Below the pieces are notes generated by a model. That model was given only the letters and a program-made list of their open reading frames with translations. It was not told the DNA's origin and ran no database searches. A stretch of DNA of 64,000 bases from Trichodelitschia bisporula (taxonomy: Eukaryota): positions 130,174-194,173 of the forward strand of contig ML996691.1 of the NCBI GenBank assembly GCA_010356995.1. The letters run 5' to 3'. A program made the translations under genes and the position numbers. Position 1 is the first letter of the stretch. Each line of letters opens with the position of its first letter. Shown one piece after another: positions 24,386-37,558 of the stretch.

Positions 24386-27300
24386 TTACTGAAAGTGAGG
24401 GAAGATATGAGCAAGGCCAGTGCCGCCGTTGGCGTGGCCGTTGGCGTGCTGCTCGTCCTTTACGACAGCCGGAGACTCATCGTGCTTGTTTTCAGCCTGA
24501 CCTTCATCCTTCACTTCCTCAACCCGGGCCGCCTCTTCCTCTTCCGCCTTCTTCTTGTTCAGAATGGCCGCTTCCTCGGCCTTCTTCTTCGCCGCCTCCT
24601 CCTCGGCGCGTGCTTTCTCCTCAGCTGCCTTCCTCTCAGCTTCGGCGATCTTTAGCGCCTGAGCAGCCTTCAACTTCTCCTCGGCAATGCGGGCTTCCTC
24701 AATTGCACGGGTCTCCGCAGCCTGGCGAGCCTTCTCAAGCTTGTGCGCCTCCTCCTCGGCCCGACGCTTCTCTTCGGCGACACGAGCTTCTTCGGCCTTC
24801 CGGGCTTCTTCAGCTTTGCGAGCTTCCTCCTCGGCCTTCCGCTTTTCCTCGGCCAGACGAGCTTCTTCAGCTTTCCGCTTTTCCTCGGCGAGGCGAGCTT
24901 CCTCCGCCTTCCGAGCCTCCTCTTCGGCAAGACGCTTCTCCTCGGCAAGGCGCACTTCCTCAACCTTGCGAGCTTCTTCAGCCTTCCGAGCCTCTTCCTC
25001 AGCTTTCCGCTTCTCCTCGGCAAGACGCGCCTCCTCGGCCTTGCGAGCCTCTTCGGCTTTCCGGGCTTCCTCGGCCTTGCGCTCGGCCTCGAGACGAGCC
25101 TCCTCAGCTTTGCGAGCCTCCTCGGCCTTCCGCGCCTCTTCAGCCTTCCGCGCTTCCTCCGCCTTGCGAGCCTGCTCAGCTTTACGGGCCTCCTCAGCTT
25201 TACGGGCCTCCTCAGCTTTACGCTCTTCCTCCGCCTTGCGCTCGGCTTCGAGACGAGCCTCCTCAGCTTTGCGGGCCTCTTCGGCCTTCCGCTCCTCTTC
25301 GGCCTTACGCTCGGCTTCGAGACGAGCTTTCTCAGCTTTGCGTGCTTCCTCAGCCTTTTGCTCCTCCTCCGCCTTGCGTTCAGCTTCGAGGCGCGCCTCT
25401 TCAGCCTTCCGGGCTTCCTCTGCTTTGCGTTTCTCCTCTTCCACCTTGCGCTTTTCCTCAGCAAGACGCGCCTCCTCCGCCTTCCGTTCCTCTTCCGCCT
25501 TACGCTTTTCCTCGGCAAGACGCGCCCCCTCCGCCTTCCGTTCCTCCTCAGCCTTGCGCTCGGCCTCGAGACGAGCCTCCTCAGCTTTGCGAGCTTCCTC
25601 GGCCTTGCGGGCTTCTTCAGCTTTGCGAGCTTCCTCGGCCTTGCGGGCTTCTTCAGCTTTGCGAGCTTCCTCNNNNNNNNNNNNNNNNNNNNNNNNNTCA
25701 GCTTTGCGAGCTTCCTCGGCCTTGCGGGCTTCTTCAGCTTTGCGAGCTTCCTCGGCCTTGCGGGCTTCTTCAGCTTTGCGAGCTTCCTCCGCCTTGCGAG
25801 CCTCTTCGGCCTTCCGCTCCTCTTCCGCCTTGCGCTCGGCCTCGAGACGAGCCTCTTCCGCCTTGCGCGCCTCCTCCTCTTCCGCTTTGCGCTTTTCTGC
25901 AGCAAGACGCGCCTCCTCTGCCTTGCGCTCTTCCTCCCGCTTACGCTCGGCCTCGAGACGAGCTACCTCCATCTTACGCGCCATTTCCTCTTCATCCTTG
26001 CGCCTTTGTTCGGCAAAGCGCGCCTCCTCGGCCTTTCGCTCCTCCTCAGCCTTCCGCTCCGCCTCGACACGGGCCTCTTCCGCCTTGCGGGCTTCCTTCG
26101 CTTGACGCTCGGCCTCGAGACGCGCTTCTTCCGCCTTCCGGGCTTCCTCTGCTTGACGCTCGGCTTCGACGCGGGCTACTTCCGCCTTACGCTCAGCTTC
26201 GACGCGGGCTTCCTCGGCTTTGCGGGCGGCTTCCACACGGGCTTCCTCGGCTTTCTGGGTTTCCTCTAGCTTCCGGGCTTCCTCCTCTTCAGCTTTGCGT
26301 GTCTCTTCGGCGCGACGAGTTTCTTCGGCCAGACGCTCTTCCTCGATGCGCTTGGCCTCAGCAGCAGTCTTTGCTTCCTCCGCGGCCTTTACTTCGGCAG
26401 CAGCTTGAGCCTCGGCGGCAGCCTTTGCTTCCTCAGCGGCGGCAGCCTCCTCAGCCGCTTTGACTGCGGCGGCAGCCTTTGCGTCCGCAGCGGCTTGAGC
26501 CTCCTCAACGGCCTTAGCTTCCGCAGATGCCGTAGCCTCCGCAACAGCCTTAGCCTCAGACTCTTCCTTCGCCTTCGCATCAGCAAGACCCGCAGTATCC
26601 TCAACAGCCCTGGGCTCCTGCTCGGTCGTAGCCTGCTCGCGCGTAATATGAGCCTTCGACGCCTTGAGCGTCTCGTCCACCTCGCGCGTGATTTTCAAAA
26701 CTTCCTCCTGGAGAATCTCTTCCTTGGACTTGCCTTGGGTCGACTCCTCAGACTGGGCCTCGGCGGGATACCGCGCCGACGTCGCTGCCCACTCGGCCTC
26801 CAGCTCCTCAAGCCAGCCCAGAGCCTCGGCCAGCTTGCGCACACCGGAGTCGCAATCGGACAGGTGAACCACATCGTCGGGACGGGATCCCAAGCCGCCG
26901 GCTTCCTCGCGGTTGATGAGCAGGCGAGGAACACCCTCGGCAACCTGCTCCGGCATCATGCTGAAGGGCATGACGGACAAGCTGGACCCCATGACGATGA
27001 CCAGATCGGCCATGCCTACCATGTGAATATTGGAGAAGAAATTCGGAGGGAGTTGTTCGCCGAAGAAGACGATGTCTGGCTTGACGAGGCCTCCGCAGGA
27101 CTCGACCTTGCAGCGAGGAACCTCACCCTTGTGGTTCAGGACAAGATCCTCCATTTCTTCGCGGGGAAACTCTGTCTGACACTCGATGCAGCGCTGGGTG
27201 GCAAAGCTGCCGTGCGCCTCGACAATTCTGTCCCCGGGGACGCCGGCCTCGCGCTCCAAGCAGTCGATGTTCTGCGTGAAGAGCTTCAGCAACAGACCCT

Positions 27301-27685
27301 TCTTGTCGAGCAGAGAGAGGAAGGTGTGCGTGATTGTCGGACGGAACTTGCCCGGGTAGAGCTCGTGAGCGAGAGTGTAGAAGGGCAGAGGGTTCTGGCG
27401 GAAAAACTCGATCTCGAAAACGGCTTCAGGATACGGCAGCTCCAGGCGTGCAAGGTTGGCGTAGAGGCCAGTTTCCGGGGAGCGGAAGTCGGGGATACCT
27501 GCGCTGGTCGAGATACCGGCACCAGTCTGTGATAAATGTCAATTTGCTGTTCGGTCGCTAGAATCCAATCCTGCACTCACCATGACGACGATGTGGTTAA
27601 CTTTGCCGCTCTGGATGTATTTGGCAATGCCTTCGACCGTACGCTTCTCCAGCACGCGCGAGGGCGTGGAATTGCTCTGACCCAT
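24386..27685 (-). CDS. HST2: Class I sirtuin (Hst2/SirT2-like) with ~700 aa Glu/Ala/Arg/Lys repeat tail
   Basis: GAGISTSAGIPDFRSP, FTQNIDCLE, HGSF..Q.C..C, KPDIVFFGE, GSSLSV.PF, RLLINRE; one intron at 27527-27580. Confidence 0.92.
24580..26600 (-). repeat. Coding tandem repeat, unit about EEARKA (18 bp) with higher-order blocks; contains a 25 N gap
   Basis: Dozens of KAEEAR, LEAERKAEE and LAEEKRKAEE units. Confidence 0.95.
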
Positions 27686-28702
27686 GATGTATGACGTTTA
27701 ACAACGGTCGAAATGCGCAGTCGCAAGCTATGTAGGAATCGAAATCGACGGGTACAGTTCTTGCAACGCCGGTTGGCGATGCACGGTTGAGCTTTTGCTT
27801 GTGACCGTTTGATGCCGGCAATGGATTCGAATTGGGCGACAATTGTGAGTGTGAGTGTGCGTTGTGCGTTGTAGAAGAGTGGGGAAAGGAAGGAGGTTAG
27901 CGGAAGACCGATGTCAGAATGACGGTCTGGCTTCTTTGGGGTTGGGTTGAAGCTTTTCGGCAGAGAGGAGGTGGAGAGGAGGAGCTTTCTTGGGGAGCGG
28001 CGAGGTTGGACGGTTGAATGGCTAGCGCGATGGATGGATTGGCCGAAAGAGAAGAGAAATTCAACTTGTACGCCAGGCAGGGGTGGCGCAATTGCCTGCA
28101 GTCACCGCTTTTATCGTCCGTGCGTGCGTGTGTGTGTGCGGTGAGGGCCGGTGAAGTCTTGGAGGAAGCAGGCGGGAGAGGGCGGGAGAGGGCGGGGGAG
28201 AGCTTATCGACATTGAAGATAGACACGGTTGTCGGTTCGTGCTACATAAAGCTGAAGGACAAAGTGGACAGGTCAACCACTCGATGATACTCATCTGATC
28301 ATCAATTTGTTTGTTTGTTTGCTATAGGAGGTACATACGGATGTATGCGTTCTGGAGAAAAAGACATGTGCCATAGTGACAGGCGGTTCATGTCGCAAGG
28401 ATGATGGCTCTCACGTTTCATGCCAATCGAGAGCTCTTCCTCGGCTTCAGCCAATAGCCTTTCTCTACAATCGGGCCTCGCGACATCCACCACTCACAGT
28501 GCAAGACCCATCAGCAAGTGACGTCAGTGGTGGTGATAGTTGATACACCCCACCTCCCATACACCCCTCTATCCCCCCCTCGCTCCAAGCTCCTCCTGCT
28601 TGCCCTGCATACGGAGAGTATGCCCGCGTGGCCCGGTAACGCTATAAAAAAATCATGGTCGCGACACGTTGACCTGCCATCTTCTCCACCTTTTTCTACC
28701 CC

Positions 28703-29125
28703 NNNNNNNNNNNNNNNNNNNNNNNNNNNNNNNNNNNNNNNNNNNNNNNNNNNNNNNNNNNNNNNNNNNNNNNNNNNNNNNNNNNNNNNNNNNNNNNNNN
28801 NNNNNNNNNNNNNNNNNNNNNNNNNNNNNNNNNNNNNNNNNNNNNNNNNNNNNNNNNNNNNNNNNNNNNNNNNNNNNNNNNNNNNNNNNNNNNNNNNNNN
28901 NNNNNNNNNNNNNNNNNNNNNNNNNNNNNNNNNNNNNNNNNNNNNNNNNNNNNNNNNNNNNNNNNNNNNNNNNNNNNNNNNNNNNNNNNNNNNNNNNNNN
29001 NNNNNNNNNNNNNNNNNNNNNNNNNNNNNNNNNNNNNNNNNNNNNNNNNNNNNNNNNNNNNNNNNNNNNNNNNNNNNNNNNNNNNNNNNNNNNNNNNNNN
29101 NNNNNNNNNNNNNNNNNNNNNNNNN
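28703..29125. other. Assembly gap (N run)
   Basis: Run of N bases. Confidence 1.
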
Positions 29126-29212
29126 TCCCACTCTTCCTCGCTTCTCCCCTCATACTATCGTGTCCCACTCTTCCTCGCTTCTCCCCTCGTACTATCGTGT
29201 CCCACTCTTCCG
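29126..29212 (+). repeat. 37 bp minisatellite abutting the gap
   Basis: tcccactcttcctcgcttctcccctc(a/g)tactatcgtg twice plus a partial third unit. Confidence 0.8.
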
Positions 29213-29276
29213 TCCACTTCCCTCCATACCACCCTAAGATACCTTCTCCCTCTTCCCTACAAGAAAACTCGCAACC

Positions 29277-30446
29277 ATGGCCAACGGGAACTTTCTCTCC
29301 TTCAACTCCTCCCTGCCCCAGCTCCACATTACCTCCGAGGACATCGAGTTTGACGAGGAGACGCTGCAGCACTGGCGAGATGAAGGCAAGCTCCCCTCTC
29401 AATCACACTTCCGCTCTGACCCGATCCGCAGGCTTCGATGTGCACTACATCCCTATGACGGGCGGCGGGAAGCCATACCGGGACTTGATCATGAGTCTCG
29501 GAGACAAACTCCGTGCGTGAGAATCCGATCCCTCCGCAAGTTAAAGTACTGACGAAGCGAACCAGCCTTCGGCGGATCCTACGGCATCATTGCCTATGGA
29601 GAAGCAGCCGCGCTCTGCCTGGACATCGCCTCGAAGCCTCTACCTCACTGCGCCGCGCTCATCTGCTACTACCCCTCCACCATCCCAAAGCCCAACGCCA
29701 TGTACCCCACCCAGCTCAACCTCGTGGTACACGTCACCGAATCGCAAGACCTCAAGGCCAAGTTCCCGGTGCACGTGTACGCAGGGGTGGAACCGGGCTT
29801 CGCCGAGCACGACCTAGACGAGTTCAACGCAGTAGCAGCAGGCCTGGCATGGACGCGCAGCCTAGCCGCCGTACGCAAGGGCTTCAAGCGCGAAGCCGAC
29901 CTCGAAACGGTGCGTGGTATGCACGCGGCGTACACGCTAGTGCGAAAGGACGCCGATGCCACGATCGCGCTGATGGCGACAGATCCGCATGTCAACTACG
30001 TCCCCACCATGACCGGCGGCGTGGGCAAGCGGGCGCTCCAGCACTTCTACGACGAATTTTTCTGCCTCGGCATCCCGCCCGACTTCCGCACCAGACTGAT
30101 TTCGCGCACCGTCGGCGTCGACCGTGTCGTCGATGAGATGGTCATTTCTTTTACCCACACTATTGAGATGCCCTGGATCTTGCCCGCCGTCCCGCCTACC
30201 GGCAAGGCGGTCGAGGTCGGGTTCGTCAGCATCGTCGCTATCCGCGGGGGGAAGCTTGTCCACGAACACATCTACTGGGACCAAGCGTCTGTGCTGATGC
30301 AAATAGGCGCCCTGGACCCCAAGCAGGTGCCCAAGGCCCTGAGCTCAAAGGGCTGTAAGCGACTCCCCGTAGCCGGGCGCGACGCTGCGCGCAAGCTTTT
30401 GGACATGAACAAGATTCCCAGCAATAGCATGATTCCCGATTGGTAG
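29277..30446 (+). CDS. Dienelactone hydrolase-like + SnoaL/NTF2-like protein (carboxymethylenebutenolidase family)
   Basis: HWRDEG|FDV.Y, YGIIAYGEAA, ICYYP, Y.GVEPGFAE.D, VNYVPTMTGG.G, ISRTVGVDRVVDEM, HEHIYWDQASVL; two introns. Confidence 0.88.
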
Positions 30447-30481
30447 TCACTCTTTTTTTTTTGGTTGCTCGTGGTATTTTT

Positions 30482-31815
30482 TCATCCCATGAATTTGCAT
30501 GTTGGGAGTTTGTAGGTGTCGGCGACAAAATATGGCCTGCGGACGCCGTCCCACTCGCCGGCTTCTTGGAGGTTCTGAACCTTGATGTCTTCCCAATTCA
30601 CGTCGAATCCCGCCTCGAAGAGGTCCATTTCCACGACCTAATGTCCGGTTAGTTTGTAATCAGCGTGTTGTAGACTTGAAGTACCTTGGTGTACACGTCG
30701 TAGCAGACCTGTCTGTCCGCGCCCATGCCATTGAAGAACCCGAACCTGCCCTCAGCATCGAGGAACTGGATCATCCACTCCGAGAAGAACTCCTTGAGTG
30801 CACCATAATCCTCAGCAAAGGTATCAAAGTAGACAGAATCAAAAACAAGCTCTTCGCCCGTCTCCGCACTGCGGGCAATCAGCTCAGGCAGCACATCCTG
30901 CCAGCGCCCCTCGTGCACCACCACGCCGGGCTTCTTATCCCAGCCCTTCTCTTTCATAGATGCCACGACCTCGGGGTGCGCCTCGATGATATGGTGTGAA
31001 CTCGGGCCGTGTTTTTGCAGAAATGTATCGATGATGCCCATACCATGTCCAACGTTGAGCACACGTAGACCTGGTGTAGGGAGCAGGAGCTCGGCGTGCC
31101 GTTCCATGAGCGGAGTCTCCCAGTCCATCATCACGCCGTTGAGGCCCGCGTCGAGGATGGCCCTGGGAGCTTGCGTCAGGGTGGAGGAAAGGTAGGCTGC
31201 GTTTGAGGTTGAGGGGTCGACTGCGACTGCAGTATCCGTGTCCATTGCGTCTGCGGCTTTCGCTTCGGGTTCTGCGTCCGCGACTTCAGTGGCCACCACA
31301 TCGCCCTCTCCCTCCTCATCATCGTCCTCGTCACTGTCATCCCCCAACGGTTGGTACTGCTCCAATGCTCTTAGTAGCAACTCCGCACGACACCCCGCAT
31401 CAACAATCAAGCCGTAAATCTCATCCAACCCTAAGCGGCGCGCGATACACCCCGCCGTCTCATCGTTGCTATCGAGATCATTCCAGATCGCGCCGTTTTG
31501 CAGCAAGAGGCGGACTGTCTCTGCTCCTTTCTCAAGCTCCTCCTTCCGCCTTTGTGTCCTCTCTTCCTCGTTCCCCTCCTTATCTTCTTCGTCGAGTTCT
31601 AGTGAAGCGACGGCCGCGTGTAAAGGCGTGAACCCGGTCTCCGGGTCGACGACTGTGGCGGAGGAAGTGCGGAGAAGATCCTTGAGGGCGGAGAGGTCGT
31701 GGTGTGCGGCGGCGAGGAGGAGGGATTGTGTTGTTAGGTCGACTTCCACGTCCATACCGTCGAGGAGATCGGTGGGTTCGGCCATGCCGTTGAGCGGTTC
31801 GTTGGATTGGGACAT
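30482..31815 (-). CDS. RMT2: Protein arginine N-methyltransferase 2
   Basis: Ankyrin-like TPLHAA, LLQNGAIWN, GVMMDWE, VLNVGHGMGIID, IIEAHP, YFDTFAE, FFNGMGADRQ; one intron. Confidence 0.93.
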
Positions 31816-32139
31816 TTTGGTGGGGTTGGTGAGGAGGCTGAAGTGAGGGGCGCGGAGAAAAATTCGCGGGAGCGCGCCAGAGGGCTGGGTCGTGACGTGC
31901 AGGGGGGGCACGGGCGTGGTGGGCTGGGTTCATTCTGGCGCGACAGCTTCCAGATTATTGCAACGACCGCGACGACAACTTCAAGTATCTCTTTTTCGCT
32001 AGATCTGAGTGCGTGCAACGGATACGACGCCATCTAAACGCATACTTTTGCCAGCAATCCGAACATCTACGCAAAGACACCAGTTTTGTGCGAAGTCATT
32101 GACAGCAACGAGCCACACATCCATCGCGCCACGACGATA

Positions 32140-33013
32140 ATGTCGAGCAACAGCATCCCGCAAAAGCCTACTCAGGCCACAAGCACAGAAGCCGGAGCAC
32201 CTTCCGAAGTCGATCCACGAGAAGTGCCCATTGGCGAACTCCTCTCCAAATGCTTCGACCGCATGGAAACCGCACTCAACACGCTCATCGAGAGCATCAC
32301 AACCTACAACCCCTCCGTCCAAGCCGCCGCCGAGCTAGTAGCAGCTGACGAGGAACTCAACAAAGGCCTCGCCCTCTGTCCGTTCCCCTCCCCGCCCTCC
32401 AATCTAGCTAACCACCGCAGTCGCCGAACACCAAGCCAACTACGCACGCATCCTCCAACTACGCCAGACCGCCGAGTCTCTCGACAACCAAGTCAAAACA
32501 ACCCTCTCCATGCTCGCAGATACACGCCGTGATCTCCTAGCCGCACCTTTCACCGAGCCCCTTCCCGCTGCCCGCGACGTCCCCTACGACGAGCTCCTCG
32601 AGTACGCGAGCCGCATAAGCAAGTTCACAGTCCCGCCGGCGTGGAAGCCGAAAGAGGTATCGGCTGTTACGCCCGGGGCTGTGCCGCCGGCGTCGGCTGT
32701 GACTTCAGTGCCTGCGACGAACGGCGCGGGTGTGACGCCCACGGTCCCGACGCCTATGGAGGTGGATGGTGTGGCGGCTCAGGCGCGGCCGGATGAGGAG
32801 CGGCGCGGCGTGGCGTGGGCGAATTTGCCGGCGGATCAGAAGGAGTGGCTGGAGCAGATGAAGAGGGTGCCGTTTGTGCCGTGGCCGAGTGATGATGTTA
32901 TTCGCTCAGGGGGGCTGGCTGAGATTCATCGACTTGTGGAACAGGGGCATGATGTTATTGGGGAGGCTGCGCCGGCGTCGCGTGGAGATGCTATGGATGA
33001 GGGAGAAGGATAG
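32140..33013 (+). CDS. MED4: Mediator subunit Med4
   Basis: L.TLIESI.TYNPS..AA.ELVAAD.EL..GL..L.EHQANY.RI, VPYDELL.YA.RISKFT.PP, PWPS.D.IRSG.L; one intron. Confidence 0.85.
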
Positions 33014-33823
33014 TTGGAAGAGACGTGGGCAAGACGTTTTTGGGCTCGGTTACCATTTGGTGTGGATGATTTGACCTGGAGCACCCCAAAAAGCATGTTG
33101 TTTGCTCCGATCATAGTATGAGATCTATGTAACGTCCTTCGGGATCTTGCATTCTGCAGATGAGTTGTCCATGTTGCTCACAACCGAAAGGTGAGGCGTC
33201 CAGCCTTACAAATGCTACCGATTACATTTGCTCTCGTGAGGATTATGCGCCATGCCCGCTTCTCGCCACCAAAACCGGAGCCCATAATGATCTCTATCTC
33301 GTACAAGAAATGAGGTCGTAGTGGCCTGTCTTTGTTCTGCGGTGAAACGACAGGCCCAAGGCATGCCTGCGACGATCAAAGCCGATCAAACGGGAGGACA
33401 ATACGGCCGGACTCCGGCTTGACCTGCGTCATCCCGGGGGGCTGGACGCCCCGACGGAGCTGAACCCCTCCCGGCCGGGATACTTGCAGCTGTGCGCGGA
33501 ACTTTCTTCACACGCCCATGTATCTCTCTGAGTTCAGCTCTGTCAGCAATGGCTAAGGCTCATTCGTTTTATCGCATCGATATTCAACGTTCTGTCCACC
33601 TGAGCATTTCTTGAGCGCCGCCTTTCGCTCTGCGACCGTCATTGGGATTCGATGTTTGTCGCACATATAGCTGGAGCCTAGCATATAGAGTTACTTCTTG
33701 TACTGTCTCGCCACAGCTCTTCGTAAGCCATATCCCATTCGCGGTATACATCTACTCATCGCTTCCGCAGCATCCGGCCTACAAACAGACATAAGGCGGA
33801 CCTGGGCCGCGAACTCATCCGCA

Positions 33824-35850
33824 ATGGAGCCCGGCCCGATGCCCGACACCTTTGTCATTCAAGACACCGTCCGCGCGTCCCTTGGCTATGACGTCTCGCG
33901 TTTGTCGAGCCGCGATCACAGCTCCGATGAGTCGAGTGGATACCCCGCAAACGCGAACACGCCATCAGAGGAAGAAAACTACGATAATCTGGAATATACC
34001 TCCGAGACACTAGTTAAAGGAAGCAAAGGCGCTGGTGCGGAGGAGCACTTCGCCTCCGAAAGGCAAGCTGCCACCACGGCCCGTGACGCTCCATCACAGA
34101 CGGGTCTCAAACGGCGAGGCTCGAATGCAGCGGACTCTCGCCGGCGAAGCATACAAGTCACCCTGGAGAAGACGGGCAAGAAGGGGCGCTACATTCTTAC
34201 CGCCGACGATCCGGAGTTGCGCGATATATTGCGGGCCCAGATTGAGCGCGAAACGCAGAAGCCGACGCGTACTCGCTTCCGCGAGTTGGTCTTCACGCGC
34301 CGCTTTACAACTTTCGACCGCCAGAATCCGTTGAGCGCGGAGTCGCCGTTCCATGGCTTCTTCACGCTCTTTTGGCTCGCGATTGCCATGATGCTCGTCA
34401 AGATTGCGGCACAGAACTGGCGCGAGCATGGGAGTGTGTTCGGCGAGGCCCAGCTGCTGCACATGATGTTCGACCGCGATGTGCTAATTTTGGGCCTAAC
34501 GGACGGTGTCATGTGCGCCGCGACGCTGTTCGGAGTCGGGCTGCAGAAGCTGATCCTGAAGGGCTATTTGAGCTGGAAACGGTCGGGATGGATAATTCAA
34601 CATGTCTGGCAGACGCTGTACTTGGCGGCCGTTCTCGCCTGGACGCTCTATCGCGAGTGGCCTTGGACGCATACCGTGTTCATTGTCCTACATGGTCTCG
34701 TGTTCATCATGAAGCAGCACAGCTATGCTTTCTATAATGGCTATCGTAAGTTCGTAGGCCTGTTTAGCGTATACAGCTCACAGGGGCAGTATCCCAAGTC
34801 TATCGCCGCAAAGGCATCCTCGAGCAGAAGCTCGCCCAGCTGGAGGATATGCAACCCACTGTCCTCTCGCCCTCTAGTCCGACTACCTCGCCCTCCAGCC
34901 CAGCCATCCCGCCCTCCAGTCCCGACCTAGACAAGCAAAAATCCAATACTACTACGAACCTCAAAAAAGAACATTCGGAAATTGCCGCCATTGCCGCCGC
35001 TATTGACTCTGGGCAGCCGCTGGACGAGGACCAGATGGAGGCCTTCTCCAGTGCAATCCAAGCCGAGATCCTGCGACTCGACGAGGAGCTCATCGGCAAG
35101 TGCACCAACCAGGACAACCGCTACCCGCGCAATCTTACACTCGCCAACTGGGCCGACTGGACGTGTCTGCCCACACTGGTATACGAGTTAGAGTACCCAC
35201 GGCAGGACTCCATCAACTGGTGGTACGTGGCCGAGAAGTCGGCGGCGACATTCGGCGTCATCTGGATCATGATGGTCGTCAGCCAGGCGTACATCTACCC
35301 ACACGTGGTACGCACCGTGCGCATGAAAGATGCGGGCATGACGTTCCAGGAGCGGTGGGTAGAGTTCCCTTGGGTGGTCAGCGACCTCATCTTCCCACTG
35401 CTACTGGAGCAGCTGCTCACGTGGTACGTGATCTGGGAATGCTGCCTCAACGTCCTAGCCGAGGTGACGCGCTTCGCCGACCGCGGCTTCTACGGCGACT
35501 GGTGGAACAGCGTGTCGTGGGACCAGTACGCGCGTGATTGGAACCGGCCTGTGCATAACTTCCTGCTGCGCCATGTGTACCACTCCTCCATCTCTGCGTT
35601 GCATCTCTCGAAGGGCTCGGCGACGTTTGTGACGTTTTTGTTGTCAGCATGTGTACATGAGTTGATTATGCTGTGCTTGTTTCGTAAGGTGAGGGGGTTC
35701 TTGTTTGCGATGCAGTTGAGCCAGATTCCGCTTGCGTGGATGAGTAGGACGAAGATGTTTAAGGGACGGGATTTGCTCGGGAATCTGGTGTTTTGGTTTG
35801 GGCTCTTCGTTGGGCCGAGCTTTTTGACGGCGTTGTATCTTATAGTCTAG
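33824..35850 (+). CDS. ARE2: Sterol O-acyltransferase (MBOAT, ARE-type)
   Basis: MKQHSYAFYNGY, PTLVYELEYPR, AEVTRFADRGFYGDWWNS, WNRPVH.FL.RHVY, SACVHE; one intron. Confidence 0.93.
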
Positions 35851-36396
35851 ACATATCATAGATGGTAGATCCCTCTCAATTCGATTGCTGTGACGGCAGC
35901 CTCGTATCATGGTCGTCTCGAAGTTGTCCCTTTTCCGCCGGGTACATGCCTGACAACGATCCGCCCGTTCGGCACCGCAATATAATCATCTCGATCCGTT
36001 CCCGCGAGTTATACTCGATATTCCGCATCCTTCTACCGATAGCGGAGTTCTCATTGCCAACGCCCGATTGTTGAGTGCTCCTTCCCCAAAATTTATACGC
36101 TACCTACGTCATGAGTAAGTTTAGATGCGGGGAATCCCAAAAAAAGGCAGGGGCGCGCGATTCTGTACGTCCGTGCGCAAACCATCCACCACCTCTCAAC
36201 GCGCCTAACCGCCAGTCGCGTCTCCGAAAGTGCTTCTCCGAAAGTGCTTCTTTTTGTACCACGCTACTTTTTCTGTCTATTTACCACATCCACTCTCTTC
36301 GACAGATCTTCTTGTCCTAACTGCGCAATCGTTGTTGCCGCATCCACTGCCTTCAGCAGATCTTCTCGTTGCACGGCTTCGCAAACATCCTTTATC

Positions 36397-37456
36397 ATGG
36401 CGCCGCTATCAAAGGTCGCGATTGAGGAAGGGCTCCGCGATGCCGTGAACGCCATTTTCGGCACGGGCAAGGTTGAGAATCTTACTGTCCGTCGCGTGCG
36501 TCTTAAGGCGGAGGAGGATCTGGGTCTTGATGCTGGGTTTTTGAAGGCTGGCGAGTGGAAGGATCGCAGCCGGGATATTATTCTTGCAGCTGTGGTATGA
36601 TGATTGAGGGGCTGCTGGACGACACTGACGCGCGTAGGAAAAACTCGGCGATAAAGAGAAGGCTTCCAGCGCTGAACCTTCGCCCGCACCTGAGGATACA
36701 CCTGTGTCGCCGCCCAAGCCTGCACCTGTCAAGAGGGCCACCAACAAGAAGGGCATGGCGAAGGTTGTGAAGGCGCGGGTGCCCTCGCCTGTTCCGTCCA
36801 ATCCTGATCATGACATTGAGAGTGAGGCGGAGAGACTGGAAGCCTCGGACAAGAAGCCGAAGCAGCGCAAGCGGATGTCGAAGGCGCGGGAGCCCTCACC
36901 TGTTCCGTCCGATCCTGACGCTGATATTGCGAGTGAGGCGGAGAGACTGGAAGCTTCGGACCTGAAGCCGAAGCAGCGCAAGCGGAGCTCCATCAAGGAT
37001 TCACCTGAGGCTTCGCGGAAGAAGACGAAGCGCATCAGCGATGACTTGCCGGAGACACCGCAGAAGAAAGGCAAGAAGGCAAAAGGTCGTAGCGAGCCGG
37101 AACCTCTCACCAAGTCGCAGGAGAAGATCAAGGAACTGCAAGGACAACTCACCAAGTGCGGAGTACGGAAGGTGTGGGGGGTTTTGATGAAGAAGTTCCT
37201 CACGGACGAGGAGAAAATTGCGTATCTGCGCCAAATGCTGCGGGGCGTCGGAATGGTGGGGAACTTCACGCTGGAGAAGGCGAAGCGGATCAAGGAGAAG
37301 CGCGAGCTCGAAAGCGAGCTGGAGGACGTTCAGTCATTTGCCAAAGTCTGGGGTGAGGACCCTAACGAAGAGAGTCGTCTGGCAGCGAAGCGTAAAGCCG
37401 CTCAGAAAGAGATGGACGAGTTGCTTGCCGGAAACAATGATCTCGATTCGGACTGA
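36397..37456 (+). CDS. DEK-C / HIRIP3-like chromatin protein
   Basis: LTVRRVR.KAEEDLGL..GFLK N-terminus; L.KCGVRKVW...L..ML..VGM.G.FTLEKAK.IKE.RE C-terminus; internal duplication of about 120 bp; one intron. Confidence 0.7.
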
Positions 37457-37558
37457 TTCATGACATTTATTTCGCAAGGCGTTTGGGGGATTTGCTCTAC
37501 TATCGATACCTAAACACATAGACCCCCACATAATCGGTTTAGCTGGCTGCTAGGCCTT

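Noticed and set aside
23920..26463. Very long plus-strand and alternate-frame ORFs (847, 508, 472, 411 aa)
   Set aside because: Shadows of the stop-poor EEARKA repeat in the sirtuin gene.
28511..29520. ORFs spanning the N gap
   Set aside because: Artefacts of untranslatable N bases.
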